In this document: positions 61,717 through 64,000 of the stretch, piece by piece | Numbering within the stretch: the stretch's first letter is position 1 | Layout of the letters: the number at the start of each line of letters is the position of its first letter | DNA from: Octopus vulgaris | Taxonomy: Eukaryota | Assembly: GCA_951406725.2 (NCBI GenBank) | Contig: OX597820.1 | Coordinates: 44,454,001-44,518,000 of the forward strand | Direction: 5' to 3' | DNA length: 64,000 nucleotides | Made by a program: the position numbers and the translations under genes | The notes under the pieces: model-generated | The model's input: the letters and a program-made list of their open reading frames with translations, nothing else | Told to the model about the DNA's origin: nothing | The model's database searches: none

Positions 61717-61786
61717 CTCTTGTGATGTTATGTGTGGTGTAGCAGTAGACGTGAATAGCCCTCATAATATTTGACAGAGAAGCCAT
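61717..61786 (-). CDS. Possible first coding exon of a host gene (MASLSNIMRAIHVYCYTTHNITR, phase-1 donor)
   Basis: Unique sequence; gttATGg Kozak-like context; ends AG|GTTGGT. No homology recognised and no partner exon identified. Confidence 0.2.
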
Positions 61787-62454
61787 AACAATGTTTTTGA
61801 TTCCTTGAGATTGTTGTGCCCAGACTTCAGTGCTTAGGTATCAGCTCTTAATGACTTGGCAAATAGTTTATTTGTTATAATTTCACGAGGCCATACAACG
61901 AACTGTAGTCAGCTTAATGGGTTGCAGATTGCTTAATCCAAACAACCTCTGTTTCCCGTCACCATTTCTATATGTCTTTAATGGTATCGGAGCCGTCCAG
62001 AAAGATTCCCTAGATGATGCCACTATTTGGTCTTTGGTCTCCGTTCGAAATATTGTTCTTGTTGTTGTTGTTGTTTCGTTTTGTTGTAGAGAAAGTGAGG
62101 AAAGAGTGTTTTTGTGTGATTTAGTGGTTTCTATTCCTTTTTCTTTTTTTTTTTTTTTTCGCTTTCGTATTCATTCGTAGTTATTTTGCATTGGATAAAA
62201 TGGCGACCATATGTGATGACAGGAGGTCTTCAGGAGTGAAAATGATAGATTATGTGGAAAGAATTTGGAAGAGAGAGAGAGCGACTGAAAAACGATAAAA
62301 CGATGGAGAGTGAAGGTAAGAGGTGGGAAAAGAAATAATGATAGAAAAAGTGATTGAAAAGAAAATTGATTGGAAATACATAGATATGTACATATATAAA
62401 TATGTATGTATGTGTGCGTGCACGCGCAAATATATATATATATATATATATACT

Positions 62455-62504
<50 letters not shown>

Positions 62505-62746
62505 CATACATGCATACATGCATACATACATACATACATACATACATACATACTTACATACATACATCCATACAAACACATATATACATACACATATACA
62601 TACATTCATACAGTAGCAAGAAGAAAAAGGAGACGGGGAGGAGGAGGAGGAGGAAAGTGGAAGAGGAAAGATGAAAGAAAGCAGGAGAGGAAGCTAAAGA
62701 AAATATAAAGGAAGAAAATAAGAAAGAAAAAGAATATGTTAGATAA

Positions 62747-62821
<75 letters not shown>

Positions 62822-62843
62822 TGTGTGTATACATGTGTGTGTG

Positions 62844-62892
<49 letters not shown>

Positions 62893-62894
<2 letters not shown>

Positions 62895-63183
62895 AGGCGC
62901 AATGGCCCAGTGGTTAGGGCAGCGGACTCGCGGTCGTAGGATCACGGTTTCGATTCCCAGACCGGGCGTTGTGTGTGTTTATTGAGCGAAAACACCTAAA
63001 AGCTCCACGAGGAGCAGGGGGTGGTGATCCCTGCTGTACTCCTTCACCACTCTTTCTCTTCTCGCTCTTTCTTCTGTTGGCCTGCTCGCTTAGCCAGCGG
63101 GGTGGCGTCATTTGAAGGCTAAAACAATGCGAACGCATTGTGACCAGCGATGTGTAGCTACATCTGATGGTCTGGTCGGTCAC
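62893..63183 (+). mobile_element. tRNA-derived SINE family B, full length, (TGA)n tail
   Basis: A-box TGGCCCAGTGG, B-box-like GTTTCGATTCCC. Homologous to 2273-2586. Confidence 0.9.
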
Positions 63184-63196
63184 ATGATGATGATGA

Positions 63197-63291
<95 letters not shown>

Positions 63292-64000
63292 AAGAGAAAA
63301 TGAAAAAGCTTTACCGCATTCATGATCAACAGTTGAGTGAGAATTTATATATATATATATATATATATATGACTGAAGAAGGGGATTTTTCGTTGTGCTT
63401 ATTGTCCTGTATCTCTCCTTTTTTTTGCCTGTCTTGTTCCTTGGTTTGTGTCTTTGTTTTTCGTCTCTCTATGTGTTCGACGTCTTTTTGGTGTCCTGTA
63501 CGCATATATGCGTGTATATGTACATGTAGAGGTAGGTACGTACATATATGTTTATATATATGCATATATTTTATTAACATATTATACGACTAAACGCACG
63601 CACCCTATTAAGTAAGATTGTTCTGTTTATCAAGTTCGCCTTGATATTAACTCTCACGCGACTCTGCATCTTTCTTTCTTTCTCTCCCATTCCCTTTTTC
63701 GTCTTTTTTCCCTCACTTAACTTGTCTCTTCCTCTCTCTCTCCCCCTCACTGTTCTTCATGGTCTCCTCGCACCATTCCCCTTCTTCTCTCTCTTCCTCT
63801 TGCTCCTCCTCCCCCATTCCCGTCGTCCATCTGCGACGTTACTTCCGTCGTAACTGCTATCCTGTCCTTTCTCGTCCGCCTTCTAAGGCCACTGGTCGAC
63901 ATCTTCCTCTCTCGTCGTCCACTATAATCCAGCGTTTGCAATACTTTTTTCGTCTGGCGTTAACAGCCCTTCTTATCTTGTTCTCCTTGTCCTGTCTCTC

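Overview
AT-rich, repeat-saturated eukaryotic intronic/intergenic DNA. The SINE families and the microsatellite load suggest a coleoid cephalopod (octopus-like) genome; this is inference. I found no intact protein-coding gene, rRNA, tRNA gene or CRISPR array, and almost every ORF in the track is a microsatellite artefact. Identifiable content: at least four tRNA-headed SINE families (about 20 copies or fragments); two Tx1/L1-clade LINE 3' fragments; several R4/Dong-clade RLE retrotransposon pieces, all sitting in (TAA)n; several Penelope-like element (PLE) remnants, including fold-back ends and a pair of type I hammerhead ribozyme motifs; a degraded hAT transposon with nested insertions; hAT MITEs; two Tc1/mariner remnants; and three Helitron-like elements. 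The dominant structure is a ~13.4 kb strand-biased (AAT/AAC)n array (21211-34598) punctuated by three Dong-like 3' ends and carrying kb-scale higher-order repeats. Best candidates for novelty: (1) this retrotransposon-punctuated satellite and the set of microsatellite-targeting retroelements around it, and (2) a fold-back element carrying two inverted hammerhead motifs whose stem II mismatches are all A-C. Two small unique islands (13270-13430 and 61700-62250) may be host regulatory or exon sequence. All calls were made by eye; boundaries are approximate unless a TSD or TIR is quoted.
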